From NCBI GenBank assembly GCA_043228905.1, contig JBHGNT010000021.1, forward strand, positions 8,866,001 to 8,930,000: 64,000 nucleotides of DNA. The letters are read 5' to 3'. The number at the start of each line of letters is the position of its first letter. Positions within the stretch are counted from its first letter, which is position 1. Positions 1 to 13,120 of the stretch are shown here, piece after piece. The stretch comes from Azolla caroliniana. Taxonomy: Eukaryota; Plantae; Polypodiophyta. The notes beneath the pieces are model-generated. The model was not told the DNA's origin, searched no databases, and worked only from the letters and a program-made list of their open reading frames with translations. Position numbers and translations under genes: made by a program.

Positions 1-1089
1 GCGGTAGGTTGGAAGGACGAAATGAGCCGGGAGGAGTTATTGGCGGCGCGGATTCGGCAACTCGAGCGGAGGCCGGAGGACGTGATACAGGCGAAGGAAA
101 GGCTGCGAGCGGCAAGGGAGCAGAACAAGGTCCGGTTCAACCGGACGCACCGATTGCGACCAAAGAAGATCGAGGAAGGCGACTGGGTCTTGGTATACGA
201 CAGCAGGCTCAACAATCAGTACAAGGCGGTGCGAAAGTTTGCTAGGAGATGGTTCGAGCCCTACACGGTGATGAGCGTGAATGACAACGGCACGTACCAC
301 CTCGCGGAACTCGACGGGACATGGTTAGCGGTGCTGGTGGCCGGAAAGCGGATCAAAGCATTCAAAAAGCGGTTCGAAGAGGAGCCGGAGCCTGCGAGCG
401 GGAGCGACAACGACGATCAGTTCGGATCCGGTGGAGAATCGGAGAGCAACGAGTGAGGCCGGGTTTCTTCGATATCTACCCATCTCTGGCACATACCGGT
501 GGATGCGCGGTTTGGTGGGGGTGGATGTCGTGAAGAAAACCGGCCATAGGCGGAATCGGCGAGAAAGCGCATAAACCGGCCCTTACACGGATGGACGCGT
601 GACTTGGTATTTACTACACGAATCGGTGGAGATAAATACTAAGTCGCATGCTTTTATTGGGGGGGGGATTGTGCGTATCCCTGTCAAAGGGACAGGGAAT
701 AAAGGGAAGAGGACAAGAGAAAGGAAAGATCGCGCGTTGGGGAAGAAGGGGCTGCTGCAGAACAAAGTGCCGAGCTCTCTCTTCTCCTCCTCCGGTCGTC
801 GGTCTCTGTGGGTGTTGGGAGTTCGCTGCCTCTGCTTCGCTGGCAACCCGTGTGCTTCAAGCAGAGGCTCTCCCCCTTTTGGTTCCTGGAGTTGTGTGGC
901 AGTCGTCTGTGTGTGTGAGTGGGACCCCGTGTTGGGCCTCTGTTCGAGTTGTAAGCTATTGATTTTAGTAATTGGATTCTTGTTTCTTGCTCTTAATTCT
1001 TCTCTGTCTGTCTGTCTCTCTCTCCATCTCCCTCTCCTTGGTCCAAGACCCCCGTGGTCCCGCCTCTTTCTACACGCACGCGTGTAACA
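1..1089 (+). mobile_element. Ty3/gypsy G1 (Trp-primed lineage), 3' end only: integrase C-terminus, PPT, 3' LTR; inserted in Copia A1
   Basis: ORF 22-456 is closely similar to the end of the G3 pol (RTHRLRPKKIEEGDWVL...WFEPY). PPT at 511-525. LTR TGTCGTGAAG...TGTAACA at 526-1089. Copia integrase sequence resumes at 1090. Confidence 0.9.
526..1089 (+). repeat. 3' LTR of Gypsy G1
   Basis: TG...CA ends, follows the PPT, and shares the TGTCGTGAAGAAAACCG start and the U5 motif with the G3 LTR. Confidence 0.85.
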
Positions 1090-4000
1090 ACTACCGGAGG
1101 CTTCAAGACCTGCAAACGAAACAAGTCGTTTTCGGTTTGCCGAAGTTTAGCGGCCGAAGAGCCCAGATTTATGAAGCCTGCCAACTCGGGAAGCAACACC
1201 GGCTTCCATTCCCCACCGAAAGAAATCGAAGCCGTAACAAGCTCGATCTTATCCATTCGGATGTGTGGGGACCGGCACAAAATGTCAGCATTGGCGGGAG
1301 TTGATATTTCGTCTCCTTCATCGACGACTACACGCGGCATACGTGGATCTACCTCATTGAGCGGAAGGGCGAAGTCTTCGAGTGTTTCCGGAGCCTCCAA
1401 AAGATGGTGGAACGGGAATCGGAGAGGAAGATCAAAGGCCTACGGTCGGATGGCGGAAAAGAGTACTTTTTCGGCCAATTCAACAGTTATCTGCAACAAA
1501 AAGGAATTCGGCGAGAATTCAACTGCAGATACACACCGCAACAGAACGGTGTGGCTGAAAGGAAGAATCAGTCGCTGATTGACGTGGCTAGGGCAATGCT
1601 GGAGGAAAAGAGCCTACCCAAGTTCTACTGGGCAGAGGCGGTCCAAACGGCCGTTTACATCCAGAACCGGATCGGGGACAAGGTGTCAGCTCACGAGCTG
1701 TATTTTGGGTGCAAGCCGAATTTGAGACACCTCCGGATATTCGGCAACATAGCCTATGTACATGTGCCGGATGAGAAGTTGAGAAAGCTGGATGCAAAAT
1801 CGGAAAAATGCATCCTAGTCGGCTATGCTCAAGAGCAAAAGGGGTATAAGTGTTATAACCCCCAGACGAAGCAGGTCCGAGTCAGCCGAGATGTCGAGTT
1901 TGATGAATCGGCATCGTGGTATTCCTTACCGACTCCAACTTCCGATCCCGACCCGATGTCGGAGGATGGGGCTAGTGAGCCTGAACCGGCCCAGGTAGAG
2001 AAAGATGAAGCTGGGACTCAAGATGAGATTCTGGAATCATTCCGGTTAAGCGGACCGAATGAGAGACTGGATTAGTCCAACCAGTCGGATGATGACACGG
2101 CGAGTAGTGGAGACTCTGTCGTGCTCTCCCCGCGCAAGGAACCGAGGAGACGGTTCACACGCAAAGAGAAAGGGAAGCAGAAGATGCCGGAATTCGAGAC
2201 CGGCAATGATGAGTCGGATCGATGCGTATCTGACTTCGGCAAGGACATAGGCAGATCTTCGGGAACGAAGACCGAACCGGCCAAGAAGGGTCTCATACCA
2301 GGTAACGGTGAGTTACGCCGGTCCACCCGCTAGAAGGATCCCGTTAAACGGTACGGGTATAACGAGTACATGGCACATCATTATGCGTACATGACCAAGG
2401 TGGCGGAAGTGCCTGAGCCGGAGAGCTACGCAAAAGCGGCCAAGGACGCAAATTGGCACGCCGCTATGGAGGAAGAAATGTGGGCGTTGGATGCCAACGG
2501 AACTTGGGACCTGGTTGACCCTCCCCGTCACTGTAAATCGATCGGATGCAAGTGGGTGTACAAGATAAAGTACAATGCCGACGGTACAGTTAACCGATAC
2601 AAGGCCCGGTTAGTGGCGAAGGGATATGCGCAGACCCACGGAATCGACTACGACGAGACCTTCGCTCCTGTAGCGAAGATGACGACAGTTCGTGTGGTAC
2701 TGGCGATTGCTGCGGCAAGGGGGTGGCACCTTCATCAGATGGATGTGAAGAATGCCTTCCTTTAAGGAGATCTTGAAGAAGAAGTCTTTATGACTCAGCC
2801 CCCCGGATTTCAATGGGAGGTGAACAAGTCGGCGGTATGCCGGCTGAGGAAGTCGTTGTACGGCTTGAAGCAAGCCCCCCGTGCTTGGAATGCTAAGATC
2901 ACGCACCGGTTGCGAAAGATGGGGTTTGTTGCCTCTAAGTCGGACTCTTCCCTGTTCATTCGTAAAGGCTCAAACGGTCCGGTATGTATCTTACTCTATG
3001 TTGATGATTTAGTCATCACCGGCCTAGGTCTTCCGGAAATCAACCGCGTCAAGTCCCAGTTGTCGGACGCATTTCATATGAAGGACTTGGGGGACCTTCA
3101 TTATTTTTTGGGGATCGAGGTGATCCGCACCCCCGACGGCATATTGCTTTCTCAACGCCATTATGTGTTGAATATGCTGTACAAGTTCGGCATGACGGAA
3201 TGCCGACCTGTCTCCACACCCCTGGACCGAAATCAGAAGATCCGTCCCAACTCCGGACCAGCCTGCGATGAGAAATAGTTCTGAAAAATAGTCAGAAGCC
3301 TGATCTACTTGTCGGAGTGGTAAGCCAATTCATGCAAAAGCCGACCGTGGAGCACCTTCAGTGCGCGCAACGAATACTGAGGTATGTAAGCGGCACTAAG
3401 GACCGGGGGCTCTTATACCGGCAAGGTATAACCGAAGAGCTTGTCGACTACACAGATGCAGACTGGGCTGGCGACGCAACGGATCGTCGCTCAACCTCCG
3501 GCAGCAAAAAGCAGCCAACAATGGCTCTATCCAGCACTGAGGCTGAATACCGGGGCGCGACCGTTGCCACTTGCGAAGCCATTTGGCTTCGGCGACTAGT
3601 GCAAGACCTACGGATCAAGGTACCGACCCCGATCCTGATCTACTGCGATAACCTCAACGGCATGCAGCTCGCCAAGAACCCTGTGTTCCATGCTCACACA
3701 AAGCACATAGAAGTGCATTATCACTTCGTGCGTGAGCGGGTCCTGATCAGTGAAGTTGAACTACGGTATGTTCACACAGATCGGCAAGTTGCCGACATCT
3801 TCACCAAGCCGCTCGGGTCGGACAAGTTGCAGCACTTTACCGAAATTCTTGATGTTCAGCATCTCGACGTGTCGCACTTGAGGGGGAGACGCAAGGGCAA
3901 AGACACTACCGAAATGGGCTAAGGCAAAATTGTTGAACCCGTAGGTAAGAAAAGAACCGGTAGAGGTGGAGACAAGAAGAAAAATGAAGTCGGGTCAACG

Positions 4001-4916
4001 AAGGAAGTCGGCACATCCGAACAAGTCGGTGAACCGGCTGAAGAAGCCAAGGGAAGCACGGAGAAGGCCAAGACCCGGACGTGGTCCGATGTGGTGAGAG
4101 GCCTGAAGCCGAAAATCAAATCGGAGGATACCGATTCGGACAAGAGCTGGAACGAGTCGGAGACAGCCAATTCGGATAAACAGATGGATCCGGATGAGTC
4201 GGATCAACGAGAGCCCAAGGAGACACGAACGCAGCGGAAGTCGATGCCATCGCGGTGGAACCGACAGATCGGCAAGCGCCGGAGTCATAGCAGCGAAGGA
4301 GCTGAGATGGGCCTATTGAGCAAACATGCCGAAGGTCGAGGTGTGCAGAACCAAAGGGGTCGCGGCAAACGGGACCGGACCGGACAAGGAGCGCGAGCAA
4401 AGCGAAGCGACGCCAGGAGAAGTCGGTTGGAAGAACCGGCTGCCACAGAGGTTGACACTACGACCCTACCTCAGGTTGAGCTTGAGGGGGAGTGTTGAGC
4501 GGCAAGCTCAACCGGAGCTGGATCGGCTGAATAAGCCTGAGCCGGTAAGAGAGAGGAATCGGTATGCCGTTGAGCAACCGAGCCGGTAAGCAGTAAGGAC
4601 CGATGAGTTGGGGGGGTGGTATGCCGGATCTAATCCGTAACCGGAAGCCTAGTATAGGTTAGACTACTAGGCAGTTATAGTCTCGTAGTTAGTGTCAGAC
4701 GCTCGTGTGAGCATTGAAGTACACCGTACTTCTAACAGTCCTATGTGGACTTGGATAAATAGCGTTGATGAGCGCGTTGTAGATACAGAGCACAGAGTAT
4801 TCATATAATCTTGAAAAATAGTGTGTTTTGCTCTCTCACTCTCTACCTCTCCCACGTACTCTCTCTCCCTCTCTCTGTATTGTTCTTTCTAACTCTTCCG
4901 CAAGCAATCTTTCACA
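1090..4916 (+). mobile_element. Ty1/copia A1, 3' part (integrase, RT, RNase H, extra tail, 3' LTR), degenerate
   Basis: Motifs [45 protein letters not shown] and KHIEVHYHF, broken by stops and deletions. PPT 4485-4492. LTR 4493-4916. It is followed by AATAT and the remainder of the Copia B1 LTR. Confidence 0.92.
4493..4916 (+). repeat. 3' LTR of Copia A1
   Basis: TGTTGAGC...TTTCACA; homologous to the LTRs at 42721-43171 and 59978-60427. Confidence 0.9.
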
Positions 4917-7900
4917 AATATATTGTCAAGAAGATAATTATTTACAACGTTAGGCTATTGCTTATATACTAAGCCCTAACTATGTGGACGAGTTCACACT
5001 AGGATACAAAGTCGAGGGAGTCGGCCTTTTATGCCAACAAACTCCCCCGTAAAAGGACTACTCTTTCCTACATGTACATGTGTTTGAGGTTGTCTCCCCC
5101 GTAAACTTAGATTCCAACACTAATCTAGATTTACGTTACAAGTCGGTCAACATATAGTCGAGTCGGCATAGGTGAAGACTATGTCGAGCCTAGCATGGCT
5201 CATTATCATGATTGATTTAGTCGACTCTTACCTTCTGCTCCTCGTTTGACTTTCTTCTCCTTGGTTTCTTGTCGTAGTCCCATCTTTGTCCTTAGTGCTC
5301 TAAAGCATTGATCTGGGAGTGGCTTTGTCAAGCAATCGGCGATGATCACCTCGGTGTCGATCTTCCGGACTTCAAGCATCTTCTCGGTTGTGAGCTCCCA
5401 GATGTGATCATACCGCACCTCAATATGCTTCGTCTTTGCATGATAGATGGGATTGTTGATGAGGTGTATTGCGCTCTGTGAGTCCCAATAGATGGTTGGC
5501 GATAGCCGGTCATTTTTGCTTGTATCCGAGAAGTCAGCAGACAATCGGTGCAACCAGATCGCTTTTGTTGCTGCTTCCGATGCCGCTATGTACTCGGCTT
5601 CTCTAGTAGACAGACCCGTGCACTCTTGAAGTTTCTACCTCGATGATATTGCACCACCACCATAGGTGAAGATGTAGCCTGATGTCGATTTCCGATTATC
5701 TGTATTTCCAACATAGTCAAAATTAATGTAGCCATCAACTTCGGTTGAGGTTGTCAAACTGAAAGTCAGCTGTGTATCTTCGGTTCCTCTCAGGTACTTG
5801 AAGATGTACTTGACAGCCTCCCAATGTTTCCGTCTTGGGTTTGAAATGTACCGGCTGACCACTCCTACGGCATAGGCTAGGTCGGGTCGGGTCGCCACCA
5901 TTGCGCACATGATACTTACTACGGCCGATGCGTAGGGCATCTTTCCATTAAGCTCTCTCTCCTTTCTGTTGAAGGAGAGTCTTTGTCCGATAGTCGGATT
6001 GACGTCAGAAGCAATGTTGGTGTTGGCTTCGCATTCTCCATATTGAAGTGCTTCAGCATCTTCCGGATATAGTCGGACTAGGAGAGTCGAAGACTCTTGG
6101 TCATCCGATTTCGCTCGATCCTCATGCCTAGTATGTGACAGGCTTGTCCAAGTTCCTGCATCGCAAACTTGTCATGAAGACTCCACTTCAGCTTTCCGAC
6201 CTCTCCTTCATTGCTTCCTACAATCAGCATGTCATCGACATATAGGATCAGATAAATCCTAGACATGTCCGCCAGTTGCCAAATATACATGAATGGACCG
6301 GAGTCAGATCTACTGTATCCAAGTTGCCTGATGTAGGAATCAAACTTTTGGTACCACATCCTCGGCTCTTGTTTCAATCCATATAGACATTTCTTTAACC
6401 GACATACGAGGTGATTGTCCTCCCCTGTCACCGTGAAGCCTGTTGGTTGAGACATATATATGTCTTCTTCCAGATTTCCATGTAGAAATGTCGTCTTTAC
6501 ATCCAACTGCTCTAGCTCTAGGTCTTCTGTCGACACAACTCCTAGTAAGAGGCAGAGGGTGGTCATCTTGACTACTGGTGAGAATATCTCGTCATAGTCG
6601 ACCCCATATTCTTGTTTGAATCCCTTCGCCATGAGCCGAGCTTTGTACTTGGGTTTTTCTTAGTCGGATACATGTTTGTATCAGAAAACCCATTTGCAGG
6701 GTAGCGGCTTCCTTCCAGCTAGTAGTTCAACCAGTTCCCATGTCTAATTCTTGTGAATAGAGTCCATTTCAGATTTCATGGCTTGTAGCCATGTGTCGGC
6801 GTCCGTTGCGGCCATAGCTTCTTCATAAGTATTTGGTTCGCCTGCATTGGTGTAGTTGACGTAGTCGAGGCCCGGTTCATAGAACTCCGTCGGCCTTCGA
6901 GCTCATCCAAATCTCCTGGGTGCCGAGATAAGAGGTTCAGATTCTTCGATCGGCTCTGTAAGTCGATCGGTACTTGTTGAATTGTTTGTGTCAGGAGTCT
7001 TGTTGGGTGACCCGCCCCCAAGTCGGGATTTCGGTGGTGTCACGTTGTCCTCCCCTATGGACTTCGTCGACTCGGTTCTGTTTCCTACTCGCATCTTCTT
7101 GACTTTTCCTGCTTCGACTCTGGTTGAATCGGCTCTGTCGTTGATGGTTTTGTCTTCGAGTTCGACTAATGGACTTCCTACCGATTCGGAGTCGGCAGGT
7201 ATGTTATTGGCTTGTTCGAGTTCAACTATTTATCGAATCTCTGAGTTGGCCCGGTGGGTCGGTCCTTCTACGACGTCTTTGTCTTCTTGGAAGGATACCT
7301 TTTTACCAACTGTTTTCTAATGGTTCCATTGACAGAAGATAGTTTCTTCATTGAAGACTACGTCACTGCTCCGTATCAGTTTCCAGTTCTCAGGGTCCCA
7401 TAGCCTGTAGGCGAATTCCCCATCGGTTCCATAACCAAGAAATATGCATTTCGTTGCATGGGGTGCCAAATTTCTCCTTTTAGCCCTGGGGATGAACGCA
7501 TAGGCTTTGCATCCGAATATACAGAGCATATCGTAGGTCGGTTGTTTGCTTGACCATAGTGCATGTGGCACTTCGAGCCTAATTGACCTTGACGGCGCCA
7601 GATTTATCAGGTATACTATCATTTGCAATGCTTCTGCCCAGAATTCCAGCTTCAGTTCGGCTTGCTGAAGCATTGCCATCCATTTTGCCACTCCATTTTG
7701 TGTGGGTGTGTAGGGAATGGTCTTTTGATGTCGGATCCCTTAGTTTGACAGGTACTATTTGAAGGCTCTAGAGGTGTATTCGCCTCCGTTGTCAGATCGG
7801 AGTGTCTTCACTCTGTGTCCCGACCAGTTCTCCACTTCAGATATCCACCAAGTGAAGATCTCGAGCGCTTCGTCTTTGGACCTGATCGAGTAGGCCCAGA

Positions 7901-9853
7901 CCTTTCGTGTACAGTCATCTACAAAGGTGATGAAGTACCAGGAGCCTCCTAATGATCACTCTGGCATGGGCCCACATATATGTGTGTACACAAGCTCTAG
8001 GGGTTGTCGTATCGTCTCGTAGTGGAGAGTGTGCGAACTTCAGGTCTATTTCCCGTATCGACAATGCTTGCAAAAGTCTGTCTTCGCTTGGAGTTTTGGG
8101 ATGTAGCCTACCGCCATCAGCCGATCAAGTCCGGCTTGAGACATATGGCCGAGTCGGCCATGCCATAGGTTTGTGTCGGTCTTTTCGGCTACGTTCATGG
8201 CCCCTTTTGGATTGATCGCCATTAGCGAGTACAGGTTGTTGTACTTCCGCCTGCCTCCTATCTTCACGTTTCCTCGGGTGATCATCCATACCGACTCACT
8301 TAGAGTCGTTTTGTACCCGTCTTCGGCTAGCATGTCGATGGAGACCAGACTCCTTTTCAGGTCAGGTACATGCCGAACTCAGTGCAGGGTTATTGTGTTG
8401 CCATTTGGCAATCGAATGGGAACCTCTCCGGTCCCTGCAATTTTGCACTCTTGCCCATTGCCTAGACGGACTATGCCGCTGGCGTCAGCTAAATAGTCCG
8501 AAAACCATTCAATATTGGGGGTCACATGCAATGTGGCACCAGAATCCAGTAGCCACGTGTGTGCATCCTGTGCACTGTAGAGGACTTCTTCGATCACTGA
8601 ATCCTCTAAGGAGAACTTCTCCGGATCGGGAGTCGGCAATGTTGATTTGGTTGCTGACTGGAGAGTGGTCCGAGTCGGGTCATCCTCGATTCCGCTCGGA
8701 TCGCCCACCAATCTCTTTCCTCTTGATTGACCAGCAGTCAGAAACATTGTGGCCAGCTTTTCTGCAGTGTGTGCAGAATTCGCATGATTGCCCCGCACTA
8801 TCGGTCTCCCCTTGATTTTTATCAATTGGTATTCTGACCGGTTCTGTCGTCTTGTTTTCTTGTACAACTCTATTAGTCGAACGACTCGGTCGAGTGATGA
8901 GCTTCTACCAATTCATCAATGGTAAGTCCCATCGATTTTCTCCGAATGTCCTCGGTGAGGACTTTGCCAATCGTCTCATCCAAACTTAGGATCTATCGAC
9001 TCTTGGCGTATGTCGTGCAGAATACCTCCCAACTCACCGGCAAGCTCGATAAGAGGGCAAGGTCTTTCACTTCTTCTTCGAAGTTGATGCCTTGTGAGGA
9101 GAGTTCTAACAACACCCGGCTAAAGGTGTTGATGTGGGAGGTAGTCGGATCGGTTTCTCTCATCTTTATGTTGAAAAGTTGTTTGATCAAAATCAGTTTC
9201 GAAGATGAGGACTTCTTCTCATACACGGCTTGTAACTTTTCCCACATTGAGAATGTTGTCGTCTCATTTGCCATGCTGAAGTAGACATTTTTGGCTAGAT
9301 GCATTCGGATGGTGGAGCGTGCAATTTCCGTCCATCGATTTCCACTCTTCGGTTGTCATCAAAGCAGGTTTTTGCATCATCTCCTTCCATAGTGCAAAAA
9401 AATTTCAGTCGAACTTTCTGATTTCATCTCTTGTTCCAGATGTTGAAGCCATATTCTTCTATGAAAAGTGAGATTTATTTATTTACTTTTTTTGCTGACC
9501 TCGTCTCTTTCTTTTGAGCTTCTTCTATTGTCTATTGCTGCCGAACAGCAAGATCGGCTCTAATACCAGTTGTGGGAAGTTGGTAGGTGTGTGCGTATGC
9601 GAAAGTGTATGAGAACTTGTTTGCTTACTCGGAAAACAACACAGAAAGGGAGGAAGGCAGAGACTTACACAGAAACGAGCTTTAATGGAAAGCTTTATTA
9701 CGTTCTCTCTCTCTCAGAGACTTGATATACAATATATGGTCAAGAAGATAATTCTTTACAACGTTAGGTTATTGCTTATATACTAAGCCCTAACTATGTG
9801 GATGAGTTCACAGTAGGATACAAAGTGGAGGGAGTCAGCCTTTTATGCCAACA
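4917..9853 (-). mobile_element. Ty1/copia B1, degenerate; its 3' LTR is interrupted by A1
   Basis: 5' LTR 9571-9853, iMet-type PBS 9557-9568, and gag, protease (WLLDSGAT), integrase, RT (LYVDDML) and RNase H fragments. PPT near 5040. Partial 3' LTR 4917-5039 matches the end of 9571-9853. Confidence 0.9.
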
Positions 9854-12800
9854 CACGGCGCCACTAATCTCGTCATCGGTGTTGAGAGCTCTACATGCTC
9901 TCAAGAACCTTTTGGCCTATTTCTTCTCCCGGCCGTTGATGCCGGTTATGGTACAACCTCCGTTGTCGAAGAACCAAAATTTCCTACCTATAGTACAGGT
10001 GTGGGGTTTGTTCTGGTCATTCTGACTATCGCGGCCCCACACCATGATAGCCCTTTTTAAAAATCCTCCCAGTCGTCATTGCCAAGAGTGTCCCTATTAC
10101 ACTCATGGTTTTGTCATACTGTCAGGAACTAAACGGAGTGACGGCCGTCCTGACTCTTCACCTTTGCATAGGCCGAACCATTGTCCAACACTTTGGTTTC
10201 CATTCGCGCCACTGTGATATATGGTTCGCAGAGGATGATCGGATGAAAGGACGCTCATGGTTCTATCATAGTGTCAGAAACTGAACGGAGTGACAGTCGT
10301 CCTGACTCTTCACCCTTGTATAGACCGAACCATTGTCCAACACTTTGGTTTCCATTCGCGTCGCTGTGATATATGGTTCACCGAGGATGACAAGATGGAG
10401 AGGATGTCTCTTGCAAGAAAAAGTGTGGTCTATCTCGACATCACCGACCCTTACTCAGACATTCGGGCAAGCCCCATGTAGCTCCTCCGTGGCTCGCGTA
10501 GTCACGCGTATCTTCCACCCGTGCTTGGTGTTGATTGGCCATTTCCCCTTCTTGTAGAAGTCCATGGACATTAGGTTAATTTCCAACCGACCCTTGTTCA
10601 ATCAATGCCACCACTGGCTCCCTCACATCCCCAATCCGAACCAGGATTTTTGTCGTTGCTCTGGCCCAGTGCGGCCTTGTGTAGTGGCATTCCGCAAGCT
10701 CGTTCTCTACGGCCACCTCATCAAGCAGCGCTGCCCTTACCTCGACCGGCTTCTCCGGTTCTGGCTCCGTCGCAAGCCACTTCCTTTTTACGAGATCCAT
10801 GATGTCATCGTGGAACTCTCTCCTTGCTATGCCTAGCACTTCTCTCAATGGGAGTTCTACGCAAGTATCGAGGATTCGCTCTTCTAGCACCTTTCATAGG
10901 TCCGTCATTTTCTCGATTTCCGAGTGTAACCGGAAGCTCGGAACCTTGCCCCTTTCTCTTTCTTGAGATCTAGCCGGAGTGACATCGTTCTTCTTTGGTC
11001 CGCTCCGAGTGTCATACCTCCCCGAAGGGCCTGCTCCTCCGGTCTTTCCGGCCTGCTTGTCGTCAACCAAAACCTCATAGTTCTGGCACGCGGCTTCTAC
11101 AAAGCCGGTTTTCTCCTCAACCAAGTCGCTCCATCCGATAACATCACGTACACGTCTTTCCGCACGGTCTGCTTCTCCCTTCTTCAGCTTCATTTCGGAG
11201 AAGGTCTCCAGTACCACCGGCCAAAATTCGGGGTTTGAATCAAGGCTAGTGGCCTTTCCACCCACGCGGATGCCGGCTGAGGCCGAGTAGTGGATAGCCT
11301 CGACGTGTCGCGCCACAGCCTCCTCCATCAACCTCTTCATGCCACCTCGTCCGGTGTTTACTTCGAGCATTTTGCACGTGCCACTCGCGTGCACCCTGCC
11401 ATTCAAAAGGTACACCACGTCGTTTCTAAGTGCTTCGCCGAAGTCGGCACAGTTTCCCCGAGCGTGACCGACGGCATCACACCATAAGCACCTTTGGTTG
11501 GTCGGCGGTTGGCCTCCATCGGCCCTTCAGGCCTGAGTGATCTAGAGATCGAGCACCATCTTCATCAACTCCTCTAGAGTCGTGCCCCCGGATGGTCCTA
11601 TGGCTACATTGGTCGGGGCCTGGCCCGACTCGAGCCACTTTCTCATTTCTTTTGTTCGGGTCGGCGCCAGCTCGGCCCTTGTCTCTAGCGTCAGACGGAC
11701 TGTTGAGGACCCCTCCTCTTTCCAGTCTCGTCATTTGTCGATCTGGCCACATACTCCTTTGACCACAACCCAGTCGACTATGAGCCCTTCGTTCATCTCC
11801 AAGAGGAGACCCACATTATCGCAATCGAGCAAGTCGAACGACTTAACAAACAACAGAACCTTGCTCGTGTCAAGAACGGTTCGGTTCAGTGTGGAGAGTC
11901 GCGCAAACTACGACTCAAACTCCTGAAGGAGCGCCGATGCGTTCCGACCTTTGCCAGGGCTATCAACCTAATCCATGAAATCTTTCTTTGACAGTCGGAG
12001 CGAGTCCTCAAAGTTGTACCGTTTGAGGATCCATCCCTTGAAGTCCGCCCAATTACAACAGTCTGCTTGTACCTCAAGCACTTCTGCATGGATGCTCGGC
12101 GTTACGACCCGAGGAAACCCGATCAACCGTCTACCTTCCGGAATATTCCTCATTTGTATCTCGGCCCAATAGGCCTCCAGGTAACTCGTGGCGTCTTTCC
12201 CATTAAACCGGCCTATCTTGTTGACCGTCGCTTCTATGGCTCTGTCAAGAGCACTCGTGCCCTCGCGAGCGCAAACCAAGCGGCCTACTGACACCACCAT
12301 TGCTTCGGCGAGTTTGCTTCCTCTCATCTTTGGTTTTCTTTGCCGCCCCTTTTCATGTCGGGTTCACCAAAGATGTCGCCGAATTCTGCGCAAATGCGTA
12401 GAAGTGGGGCAGGACCACAGGGGGTCTTGAACCAAGGAATCGAGCAAAAGAGGAGGAATATCCCTCGCATTGCGTATGCACAGACCGTAGACAGAATAGA
12501 GAGGGACAGGAGTGAGACGGTCGTAGGTCACCGTTACAGCGCGATATGACAGAATTGCAACACAAGACAACAGAATAGATTAACGGTATTAGTTAGAACG
12601 TGCGCGTGATGCACAGGGAGTACAACCGGTTTGAGCCGGGAGCAAAGCTTCGAGCTCCACAGTAGACACATGCAGAGTGATGATCCTTTGGTCAAGAGCA
12701 CGCGAACGTCTAACGCGAGCAGAGGATGCACCTTCCGGAGTTCGGTCGTTGGTCGTAATCAGAGAGAGAGAGAGAGCTTCGGTACTCTGATCGGCAGCAT

Positions 12801-13120
12801 TTCCTCCTCCTAAAACTTGGATTCCTAAAATAGTCTGGGGCCGCCCCTTTTATAGCGTAAGGGATGACTGTTACATCAGGTCTAATGACCTTTCGTTAAC
12901 CCCCTCCCCCCCCCCCCCAGATTCCCTTCTTGATTTTCCCACCCACCTCCACTTGTGTGACATTAAAGCACCTATTAAAGCCTAACTTCCTAGTAATCAC
13001 CAAAATCCTACTATTACTTAGTATTTACATATGCTAGTACAAAAGGGGGTGCACTTGTGCACACCCGTGTTCACACGCATTTGGCTATGTTTCCCCTTAT
13101 GGCCTGAAATCTTCACGACA
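9854..13120 (-). mobile_element. Ty3/gypsy G2 (Trp-primed lineage), 5' part: LTR, PBS, gag, protease, start of pol; interrupted by B1
   Basis: LTR 12374-13120. PBS TGGTGAACCCGACATG at 12354-12369. Gag fragments (GRFNGKDATSYL, ARHVEAIHYSASAG) align with G3 gag. Confidence 0.9.
10101..10392. repeat. ~150-bp diverged tandem duplication within the G2 protease region
   Basis: CTCATGGTT...GGAGTGAC...CCATTGTCCAACACTTTGGTTTCCATTCGCG...GAGGATGA occurs at ~10101 and again at ~10253. Confidence 0.8.

Noticed and set aside
1090-1094. ACTAC flanks both G1 and Copia C insertions in family A
   Set aside because: The positions and integrases differ, and G1 probably has a 4-bp TSD; likely coincidence.
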